Numbered from the stretch's first letter, positions 1 through 6,387 are shown. The stretch: DNA of 7,420 nucleotides from a virus (IMGVR_UViG_2693429700_000021:1-7420), one strand, 5' to 3'. Notes: generated by a model from the letters alone, not told the origin. Made by a program: numbers and translations.

Positions 1-168
1 CTGTGAGTCATATTCATCCTGACTTTCCAGAACCATACGAATCGCCCGCTGACGGACTTCGGGGGAAAAACGAGTATTTTTAGTCATCCTGTTTACCTCT
101 TTCTCAGGGAGTTTAGTCTCCAGGATTTCCGGGGCGGTTCAACCCGCTGCTTTATCGATGCCGATAAT

Positions 169-732
169 ATGCGAGCCGTCAGTGTGCTTAACCTGGGTAC
201 TATTGATGAACCAGGTCACGCAGATAACACCGCCACCCTCAAACTGAAAAAGACAGCACCGTTTTCTGCTCTGTTGTCTGTTAATGGCGAGCGTAACTCC
301 CAGAAGTCACTGGCAGAATGGATTGAAGACTGGGCCGACTACCTTGTGGGCTTTGATGCTAATGGTGACACCATTCAGGCAACCAAAGCGGCTGCGGCAG
401 TCCGTAAAATCACAATTGAAGCAAACCAGACCGCTGATTTTGAAGACAATGACTTCAGCGGCAAACGCTCTCTGATGGAGTCTGTCGAAGCGAAAACCAA
501 AGACATTATGCCAGTGGCATTTGAATTTAAATGCGTTCCGTTTGAAGGCCTGAAAGAACGTCCGTTTAAATTACGCCTCAGCATTATCACTGGCGATCGT
601 CCTGTACTGGTTCTGCGCATTATTCAGCTGGAAGCGGTGCAGGAAGAAATGGCTAACGAATTTCGTGATCTGCTTGTTGAGAAATTCAAAGACAGCAAAG
701 TAGAAACCTTTATTGGTACTTTCACCGCCTGA
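169..732 (+). CDS. Prophage protein of unknown function, probably DUF2303/YfdQ-like; N-terminus uncertain
   Basis: 187-codon ORF from ATG 169 to the stop at 730-732. The frame is open back to position 7 but has no ATG/GTG/TTG there, and no clear Shine-Dalgarno precedes 169. It lies directly upstream of a YfdR-like gene, as yfdQ does in E. coli CPS-53/KplE1. The family name rests on remembered gene order, not on an alignment. Confidence 0.6.
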   Translation: MRAVSVLNLGTIDEPGHADNTATLKLKKTAPFSALLSVNGERNSQKSLAEWIEDWADYLVGFDANGDTIQATKAAAAVRKITIEANQTADFEDNDFSGKRSLMESVEAKTKDIMPVAFEFKCVPFEGLKERPFKLRLSIITGDRPVLVLRIIQLEAVQEEMANEFRDLLVEKFKDSKVETFIGTFTA

Positions 733-745
733 TTTCATTACTGCA

Positions 746-770
746 AATGCCCCTGCGGGGGCATTTATGG
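746..770 (+). terminator. Possible intrinsic terminator or attenuator between the yfdQ-like and yfdR-like genes
   Basis: Hairpin AAATGCCCC (746-754), loop TGCG, GGGGCATTT (759-767), then AT-rich TTTAT; it lies 14 nt after the stop at 732. The U-tract is short, so it may be only a partial terminator. Confidence 0.4.
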
Positions 771-860
771 AAACGTAATTAACTCAATAATCACCGGATG
801 GTGAGAGCTTCCTTTTAGCAGAATTCAGCGCGGTGCAGCGCATATAAAGTGGAGAACGAA

Positions 861-1397
861 ATGTCATTTATTAAAACTTTTTCCGGGAAGCATTTTTATT
901 ATGACAAGATAAATAAAGACGACATCGTGATTAACGATATCGCAGTTTCCCTTTCAAATATCTGTCGCTTTGCAGGACATCTTTCACACTTCTACAGTGT
1001 CGCCCAGCATGCGGTGCTTTGCAGCCAGCTGGTGCCGCAGGAATTTGCTTTTGAAGCGTTAATGCATGATGCAACAGAAGCATATTGCCAGGACATCCCC
1101 GCGCCACTAAAACGCCTTCTTCCTGACTATAAACGGATGGAAGAAAAAATAGACGCCGTAATCCGTGAGAAATACGGGTTACCCCCGGTTATGAGCACGC
1201 CTGTGAAATATGCCGATCTCATCATGCTGGCAACCGAACGCCGCGATCTCGGGCTTGATGATGGCTCTTTCTGGCCTGTACTGGAAGGCATCCCGGCGAC
1301 AGAGATGTTCAAAGTTATTCCACTGTCGCCAGGCCATGCCTATGGGATGTTTATGGAACGTTTTAACGAGTTATCGGAGTTACGCAAATGCGCATGA
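861..1397 (+). CDS. yfdR: HD-domain phosphohydrolase, YfdR-like 5'-deoxynucleotidase
   Basis: GGAG at 851-854 lies 6 nt before ATG 861, so I prefer this start to the GTG at 849 used by the ORF track; this gives 178 aa. HD-domain signature is readable: RFAGH, SVAQHAV, ALMHDATEAY with downstream Asp residues. The N-terminus MSFIKTFSGKHFYYD matches my memory of E. coli YfdR. Confidence 0.85.
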   Translation: MSFIKTFSGKHFYYDKINKDDIVINDIAVSLSNICRFAGHLSHFYSVAQHAVLCSQLVPQEFAFEALMHDATEAYCQDIPAPLKRLLPDYKRMEEKIDAVIREKYGLPPVMSTPVKYADLIMLATERRDLGLDDGSFWPVLEGIPATEMFKVIPLSPGHAYGMFMERFNELSELRKCA

Positions 1398-1903
1398 ATG
1401 TTTTCGAAATGGAAGGGTTTCTTCACGGGAGATGTGTACCGCGAGATCTGAAAGTGAACGAAACAAACGCTGAGTACCTGGTGCGTAAATTTGCTGAAGC
1501 TGAGTCCAAGTGCGCGGCGCTGGCGGCGGAGAATGCGGGGCTGAAGTCTGGCGCTATGGACGAAATCAAGGTTATCAACCGTGGAGGGCAGGCATATTGC
1601 GTAAAAGATGGAGTGCAAGTCAATCCCATGTATGCAAGAGGGTGGAATGACTATCGCGCAAAGTCTCTGCAATCAGACACCCCAGCCACCGATGCTTTCC
1701 TGGCTGAAGTACGGGCGCAGGGCGTGGATGCTGCTATAGAAGCTGCAAAAAATCTGGTGGCCCAAGAATATGAGTATAAGGATTTCAAAGCGGCACAGAG
1801 TGATTGCTGTATGCACCCTGGTTCAGACCGGGTAGGGAAGGTTGAAATGACTGAGTGGTTAGTTGACTTTGCTGCCCAGCTTCGCAAAGGAGGCAACCAG
1901 TGA
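1388..1903 (+). CDS. Hypothetical prophage early protein, possibly Ead/Ea22-like mosaic family
   Basis: 171-aa ORF whose ATG 1388 overlaps the yfdR stop (ATGCGCATGA). It ends ...KGGNQ* with its stop overlapping the next GTG start. The internal segment TPATDAFLAEVRAQGVDAA resembles segments I recall from Ea22-like prophage proteins. Confidence 0.65.
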   Translation: MRMNVFEMEGFLHGRCVPRDLKVNETNAEYLVRKFAEAESKCAALAAENAGLKSGAMDEIKVINRGGQAYCVKDGVQVNPMYARGWNDYRAKSLQSDTPATDAFLAEVRAQGVDAAIEAAKNLVAQEYEYKDFKAAQSDCCMHPGSDRVGKVEMTEWLVDFAAQLRKGGNQ

Positions 1904-2385
1904 CTGGACATGCAGCAATCCTCGACATGTGTTGTGGCAGTCGCATGTTCTGGTTCGATAAGAATGACGACCGGGCGATATTTAGCGATATCAGAAAGGA
2001 AGAGCACACATTATGTGATGGACGACGGCTGATAATTAGCCCTGACCTGATAGCAGATTTTCGTGCATTACCATTTGCAGACGCATCGTTTCCGGTTGTT
2101 GTATTCGACCCTCCGCATCTTGAGCGTGTTGGTGATAACGCCTGGATGGGAAAGAAATATGGACGACTGAATAAAGATACCTGGCGTGATGATTTGCGGC
2201 AGGGGTTTAAAGAAGCCTTTCGGGTGTTGTGGCCACACGGCGTTCTGATTTTTAAATGGAATGAAACGCAAATACCTGTTCGCCAGATATTGGCACTGAC
2301 CGACAGAAAGCCTGTTATCGGTCAACGAACAGGAAAGGGTGACAAGACCCACTGGATTATTTTTATGAAGGAGGGCAACCAGTGA
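1900..2385 (+). CDS. Small SAM-dependent methyltransferase, probably a DNA N6-adenine/N4-cytosine type
   Basis: GTG start at 1900 preceded by GGAGG (1889-1893) with a 6-nt spacer. SAM-binding motif I-like ILDMCCGSRMFW near the N-terminus and catalytic motif IV-like VVFDPPH (the (D/N/S)PP(Y/F/W/H) class). At 161 aa there is no room for a large target-recognition domain. Confidence 0.75.
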   Translation: MTGHAAILDMCCGSRMFWFDKNDDRAIFSDIRKEEHTLCDGRRLIISPDLIADFRALPFADASFPVVVFDPPHLERVGDNAWMGKKYGRLNKDTWRDDLRQGFKEAFRVLWPHGVLIFKWNETQIPVRQILALTDRKPVIGQRTGKGDKTHWIIFMKEGNQ

Positions 2386-3035
2386 GCAAGATTGACTATC
2401 AGGCACTGCGTGAGGCGGCAGAGCGTGCAATTCCGGCAATGGAACGCCTGTTAATGTTGCCAGTTGATGATGATCTGATAAGCGAACAGGAACTTAAAGA
2501 TTACGGTGTGGATATTGATGCGCTCAACGCCTTCAAATTTCTGACCGGACCAGAAACCGTGCTGGCGCTGCTGGATGAACGGGAAAGAAACCAGCAACAC
2601 ATCAAATCACGCTACCAGGAGAACGAGGATATTGCGCTAACGGTTGGGAGGCTGCTAATCGAAAACGGCCAGCTTGTTGCCGATACGCTACGCCACTTAT
2701 CTGATAACGAAATCGACTCTGATTATTTTGCTATCACCTCAACGAATGAGAACGGTACTGAAATTGATCATGAGATGGCTATTACCGATTACGCACTGCA
2801 AGCTGCCGGAACTGTAGACGAATTGGTTGCAGCGCTGGAATCCGCAGAGAAGCGTATTGCTGAACTGGAAGCGCGGGAAGTTCAATTACCGACTCGCTAC
2901 GACCTTCGATATGGACACCCGATAAATGCAGATGAGCTACATGTCATGATACCTAAAGAAAATGGCAGTTGGCTTTACCTGATTGACCTAGAACACGCAT
3001 TACGCGTCGCTGACATTCGCATCAAAGGAGAGTGA
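2382..3035 (+). CDS. Ead/Ea22-like prophage early protein
   Basis: GTG start at 2382 overlapping the upstream TGA, preceded by GGAGGG. N-terminal MSKIDYQALREAAERA, central VLALLDERE and C-terminal AEKRIAELEAREVQLP match conserved segments I recall from the Ead/Ea22-like family. Confidence 0.7.
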   Translation: MSKIDYQALREAAERAIPAMERLLMLPVDDDLISEQELKDYGVDIDALNAFKFLTGPETVLALLDERERNQQHIKSRYQENEDIALTVGRLLIENGQLVADTLRHLSDNEIDSDYFAITSTNENGTEIDHEMAITDYALQAAGTVDELVAALESAEKRIAELEAREVQLPTRYDLRYGHPINADELHVMIPKENGSWLYLIDLEHALRVADIRIKGE

Positions 3036-3036
3036 T

Positions 3037-3552
3037 ATGGCGCTAACACACCGCGAACTCTGTCAGATTGCGTACAAGTTCCTTAAGCGCAACGGGTTCA
3101 AGGTTTGTTTTCATGACCGCTTTATAGCTGTAACCAGTACCGGAGAACAGCCAGATGCTATGGGATTCAGAAATTCAGCATCATGCCTGATAGAGGCGAA
3201 GTGTTCTCGTGCTGACTTGTTGGCAGATAGAAAAAAGCGTTTTCGTAAAAATCCGTCTCTTGGAATGGGCGACTGGCGATTCTTTATTAGTGAGCCGGGA
3301 ATTATTTCAATTGAGGATTTACCACCTGGCTGGGGATTACTTCACGTTGTTAACGGAAGAGTACGGAAAGTACATGGGTGGCCCAAGGGTAATTGCTGTT
3401 GGGGTAATCCTGACGATAAGCCATTTACTGGAAATAAGCAGGTTGAATGCGATTACATGTTATCTGCATTAAGGCGCATGGAGTTGAGAGGGCACCTTAA
3501 TGAAATATATGACGGTGTAATTGTTAATAAGAAAGAAGGAAACGCGGCATGA
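3037..3552 (+). CDS. PD-(D/E)xK nuclease-like protein of unknown function
   Basis: ATG 3037 with AGGAG 6 nt upstream. N-terminal region has an upstream Glu (RELCQ), then GEQPDAMGF and, 13 residues later, CLIEAKCS, which fits the PD...(D/E)xK restriction-endonuclease-like core. The C-terminal half is Cys/Trp-rich (GNCCWGNPDD). Confidence 0.6.
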   Translation: MALTHRELCQIAYKFLKRNGFKVCFHDRFIAVTSTGEQPDAMGFRNSASCLIEAKCSRADLLADRKKRFRKNPSLGMGDWRFFISEPGIISIEDLPPGWGLLHVVNGRVRKVHGWPKGNCCWGNPDDKPFTGNKQVECDYMLSALRRMELRGHLNEIYDGVIVNKKEGNAA

Positions 3553-3950
3553 TCACTATTACCAAAGAGCGACTACTGACAATCAAGCAGTGGCGCGAAA
3601 CATACGGACCTGATAGCAACGTTGTACTGCCAGCAGAAGAAGCGGAAGAACTGGCGCGGATTGCGCTGGCATCGCTGGAAGCAGAACCGGTGGCATGGCT
3701 GCATTCAGACAATGGCTTAGGTATTCCGGCAATAACACGGAGTAAAAACGTTGCTGACAGTTGGTTATCAAAGGGTTGGTATGTTCAGCCGCTATATATA
3801 GCTCAGCCAGTACACGTGCCGGAGGAAATGAATCTGGCACGCGCACAGAAAGAGGTGGGTTTTAATCGATATATCATGGCTGGGTATGTTGATGGCTGGA
3901 ACGCCTGCCGCGCTGCCATGCTTCAGAGCCAAGGTGGAGGCAACCAATGA
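3549..3950 (+). CDS. Hypothetical prophage early protein
   Basis: 133-aa ORF; ATGA start/stop overlap with the upstream gene. It ends GGGNQ* at the conserved junction motif. No catalytic motif recognised. Confidence 0.65.
   Translation: MITITKERLLTIKQWRETYGPDSNVVLPAEEAEELARIALASLEAEPVAWLHSDNGLGIPAITRSKNVADSWLSKGWYVQPLYIAQPVHVPEEMNLARAQKEVGFNRYIMAGYVDGWNACRAAMLQSQGGGNQ
3864..3878 (+). repeat. 15-nt exact repeat ATCGATATATCATGG, copy 1, inside the 3' part of CDS 3549..3950
   Basis: Identical 15-mer recurs at 6373-6387, with flanking similarity (TTTT before; GG..TATGTT after). Confidence 0.7.
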
Positions 3951-4258
3951 GCAATTATCTGTACTGGTCTGGCTTAGTGGCTAACATCGCGCTCATGTTG
4001 TTCGTGGCTCTTTGCATCTGGGTTTGGTTTATCTGGCCTTTTGTAGAAGCCATGAGCATAACTCGGTGCTTTATTTGCGCATCAAAGACTTCTGGATGCA
4101 AACCAACTGTAAGAGCAATTATCAGAACTTTAAAATACTGGTATCTGGATTTGCTTTTCGGCAGGGGCTGGACGCGAATTAGTAACCGCCAGTTTGAATG
4201 GGAAGGCGTCGGTAACTGGCGAATTCACAGCAGCAAAGAAACGCAGGAGGTGAAGTAA
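3947..4258 (+). CDS. Small membrane protein, hypothetical
   Basis: 103-aa ORF, ATG 3947 overlapping the upstream stop, GGAGG 6 nt upstream. Strongly hydrophobic N-terminal segment LVANIALMLFVALCIWVWFIWPFV predicts one transmembrane helix (possibly two); a Cys-containing stretch CFICASKTSGC follows. Confidence 0.6.
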   Translation: MSNYLYWSGLVANIALMLFVALCIWVWFIWPFVEAMSITRCFICASKTSGCKPTVRAIIRTLKYWYLDLLFGRGWTRISNRQFEWEGVGNWRIHSSKETQEVK

Positions 4259-4830
4259 TGAATAACTTAATGATCGACCTTGAGACGATGGGGAAAAATA
4301 AGGATGCACCGATCGTTTCCATTGGCGCGGTGTTCTTCACTCCAGAAACCGGAGACATCGGACAAGAATTCTATACGGTTGTTAGCCTGGAAAGTGCTAT
4401 GGGGCAAGGAGCTACACCTGACGGCGATACCATCCTGTGGTGGTTGAAACAGAGCTCTGAAGCACGAGCTGCAATCTGTATTGATGATACTTTGTCGATC
4501 AGCGATGCACTCTCTGAACTGAGCCATTTCATTAATCAGCATGCAGACAATACAAAATATTTAAAAGTCTGGGGTAACGGGGCCACCTTCGACAACGTAA
4601 TTTTACGTGGAGCTTACGAGCGAGCAGGACAAATCTGCCCGTGGGCGTACTGGAATGACCACGATGTACGCACGATCGTTACGCTTGGGCGTTCCATCGG
4701 ATTCGACCCCAAAATGGACATGCCTTTCGATGGCGAACGGCACAACGCCCTGGCTGATGCCCGTCATCAGGCAAAATATGTTTCCGCTATCTGGCAGAAA
4801 CTAATTCCTGCCACCAGCACAGAATTATGA
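4258..4830 (+). CDS. DnaQ-like DEDDh 3'-5' exonuclease (prophage exonuclease)
   Basis: ATG 4258 overlapping the upstream TAA (TAATG), GGAGG at 4246-4250. Exo I motif MIDLETMG (D-x-E), Exo II WGNGATFDNV and Exo III HNALADARH (H-x4-D) are all present in the expected order. Confidence 0.85.
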   Translation: MNNLMIDLETMGKNKDAPIVSIGAVFFTPETGDIGQEFYTVVSLESAMGQGATPDGDTILWWLKQSSEARAAICIDDTLSISDALSELSHFINQHADNTKYLKVWGNGATFDNVILRGAYERAGQICPWAYWNDHDVRTIVTLGRSIGFDPKMDMPFDGERHNALADARHQAKYVSAIWQKLIPATSTEL

Positions 4831-4866
4831 TTTTCCCGGGTGCAGCCGGTTTTGATGGAGAAAATT

Positions 4867-5148
4867 ATGAACACCTTGTTTTTACTGATGGCTGAATTCA
4901 ATACCCCTAACATTGAACTCTCAGCAGTTAGCCAAAAGTACTTTGGCATGAGTCCAGCCACGGCAGAAGCAAAAGCAAACGCTTGTAAGTTGCCCGTTCC
5001 AACATATCGCATCGGCACATCACAAAAAGCAAAACGTTGCATCAATATTCAGGATCTTGCGGAATACATAGACAAAAGACGAGAAGAAGGACGTATCGAG
5101 TGGGAACAGGTCAGAACAAGCAAACAGAAGGGCAAAGAACATCACTAA
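4867..5148 (+). CDS. Excisionase/recombination directionality factor-like protein, PrtN/P22-Xis-like family
   Basis: The track ORF starts at GTG 4840, but GGAG (4857-4860) sits 6 nt before ATG 4867, giving MNTLFLLMAEF..., the N-terminus typical of PrtN-family excisionases. Stop at 5146-5148, followed directly by a strong terminator. Confidence 0.7.
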   Translation: MNTLFLLMAEFNTPNIELSAVSQKYFGMSPATAEAKANACKLPVPTYRIGTSQKAKRCINIQDLAEYIDKRREEGRIEWEQVRTSKQKGKEHH

Positions 5149-5150
5149 AG

Positions 5151-5177
5151 AAAAAACCCGCCTAAAGGCGGGTTTTC
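5151..5177. terminator. Bidirectional rho-independent terminator
   Basis: AAAAAA (5151-5156), stem CCCGCC (5157-5162), loop TAAA, stem GGCGGG (5167-5172), then TTTTC. This gives a U-run on both strands, between the convergent + strand excisionase-like gene and the minus-strand 57-codon ORF. Confidence 0.75.
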
Positions 5178-5195
5178 AAAAAGCACCAGCTATGA

Positions 5196-5369
5196 TCATG
5201 CTGCTTTGCGACGACGAAGCTTACCCTGCTGCTCTTTACCAGAGACAGTAGCGTGAGTGAACGCATTAGGAGCAGCCTTCATCAGAACTTCAACAGCAGC
5301 ACCCATACCTGCGAATGCTTTCATTGTGTCGAACTTAACCTGTGGCTTGGTTGCTTTTTGATCTTTCAT
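5196..5369 (-). CDS. Small hypothetical protein (57 aa), absent from the ORF track
   Basis: My own translation of the minus strand gives MKDQKATKPQVKFDTMKAFAGMGAAVEVLMKAAPNAFTHATVSGKEQQGKLRRRKAA. ATG at 5369-5367, GGGAG 6 nt upstream on the minus strand, TGA stop at 5198-5196, and the bidirectional terminator about 20 nt downstream. Confidence 0.55.
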   Translation of the reverse strand: MKDQKATKPQVKFDTMKAFAGMGAAVEVLMKAAPNAFTHATVSGKEQQGKLRRRKAA

Positions 5370-5439
5370 AGAAAACTCCCGAGACAGTAAAGGCGTCTCT
5401 AACCCTCTCTTTAAAGCTAGCTTGTTTCGCTAACTTATG

Positions 5440-5460
5440 CCAATCGATCATGTCGATTGG
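5440..5460. promoter_or_regulatory. Perfect inverted repeat CCAATCGA-N5-TCGATTGG, candidate operator
   Basis: 8-bp arms are exact reverse complements around a 5-bp spacer. It lies about 70-90 bp upstream of the small minus-strand ORF and overlaps a -35-like TTGGCA on the minus strand. No adjacent U-tract, so it is not a terminator. Confidence 0.3.
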
Positions 5461-5565
5461 TGACATCGTTTCTTAGTAGTTTAAGCACAAAACGACTGCC
5501 ATAGATGTACCTTTAAGGTAATCTGGACGGGTATCCTACAATTTGTAGCCCCTTCTCGTCTATAC

Positions 5566-6102
5566 CTACTGAGCAAATTTAAGAAAGATATCCTGCAGCT
5601 CATCAATGACTGCAGACATCACATAACCGCACTGTTCCATGCGGAAACCAAAAGACTCGTAATACTGCACCAGTTCTGGTACTGGCTCTACAATGTGGAC
5701 AACTTTACATTCAACAGCTTTACAAAATATAAAAGCACTCATAAGAGTGAGTAAAACCATGCGCCCTTTCAATGGGTGAGATTCATCTTCTCTAGAAAAC
5801 CTTTCGATCATATGGATACGAAAGATGTTTTCTTCAACCCCATAAACACAAATTGCTGCTCCTGATGGTATTCCCTGAACCCGACCTTGCTGAACAAGTT
5901 TTATGCAGAACTCATACTTTTCTCTGGAGTTGCCATAGGTGCTTAACGCATAGTCCCATTCAAGCTCACCATAGCCACCACACAGAATCTTGTAATCATC
6001 ATCACTGAGCGGACCAACAGCAAGAGGTAAGCCGACATGATCAATAATCAACTGGATATTGTTACGTACAGATTGACCTATCTCGTCTAGGGTAAGCATC
6101 AT
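5566..6102 (-). CDS. GNAT-fold-like acyltransferase candidate, atypical
   Basis: 178-aa ORF starting with tandem ATG codons (6102-6097) and ending at TAG 5568-5566. C-terminal YYESFGF resembles the conserved GNAT beta-strand (FYxxLGF), and HPLKGRMVLLTLMSAF is a weak candidate for the acetyl-CoA-binding segment. The canonical R/Q-x-x-G-x-G/A motif is not cleanly present, so the fold assignment is tentative. Confidence 0.6.
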   Translation of the reverse strand: MMLTLDEIGQSVRNNIQLIIDHVGLPLAVGPLSDDDYKILCGGYGELEWDYALSTYGNSREKYEFCIKLVQQGRVQGIPSGAAICVYGVEENIFRIHMIERFSREDESHPLKGRMVLLTLMSAFIFCKAVECKVVHIVEPVPELVQYYESFGFRMEQCGYVMSAVIDELQDIFLKFAQ

Positions 6103-6131
6103 AGACTCTCAAGCGGAACACTAAAAATCTC

Positions 6132-6137
6132 ATTATA
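6132..6137 (-). promoter_or_regulatory. Candidate -10 hexamer (TATAAT) for the GNAT-like gene
   Basis: Exact TATAAT on the minus strand, 29 nt upstream of the ATG at 6102. No good -35 match; the palindrome ATGCCcGGCAT (6148-6158) occupies the -35 region. Confidence 0.3.
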
Positions 6138-6372
6138 TCTCATTCTGATGCCCGGCATGGATTACACCTTGAAATGAAAACACCGGGTTCCCAATAGGCT
6201 CCCACAAAGTGTATAACTACTTGTTTTTCAAAAACGATACATCCTATCGAGCATTGGTGCAACGCTAAACCGACCACTCCAGTGAACGTCAGTTTTTTCA
6301 GGCATTGCGCTGGTTTGGTTGATTTTTTGCATTTCAGAATTACCGTGCATTTTCAAATGTAGAGATTATTTT

Positions 6373-6387
6373 ATCGATATATCATGG
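6373..6387 (+). repeat. 15-nt exact repeat ATCGATATATCATGG, copy 2, in the intergenic region
   Basis: Same 15-mer as 3864-3878; about 30 nt downstream is CAGGAGGCTCAATAGCG, which resembles the GGAGGCAACCAATGA gene-junction motif. Confidence 0.7.

Noticed and set aside
843-848. TATAAA as a -10 element for the yfdR-like gene
   Set aside because: It lies only about 3 nt upstream of the Shine-Dalgarno sequence, so a transcript starting there would lack the ribosome-binding site; the gene is more likely co-transcribed from upstream.
375-5045. Antisense and alternative-frame ORFs in the track that lie inside the + strand genes (375..620-, 1127..1312-, 1340..1672-, 1423..1629-, 1651..2007-, 1785..2009-, 2068..2439-, 3524..3712-, 3583..3846-, 4267..4542-, 4767..5045-, and + strand 284..475, 1210..1473, 3209..3472, 4607..4804)
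   Set aside because: Each is fully nested in, or largely overlaps, a longer ORF that has ribosome-binding sites, translational coupling and recognisable protein motifs. They lack their own start signals and are best explained as shadow ORFs.
5196-6102. GNAT toxin plus small antitoxin (type II TA) interpretation of the GNAT-like gene and the 57-aa ORF
   Set aside because: Known GNAT/RHH pairs have the antitoxin upstream and overlapping the toxin. Here the small ORF is downstream, separated by about 200 bp with its own ribosome-binding site, and does not resemble an RHH domain.
6223-6235. 13-bp palindrome GTTTTTCAAAAAC
   Set aside because: Homopolymer-based AT-rich palindrome in an AT-rich spacer; likely chance, with no adjacent gene start that it would plausibly regulate.
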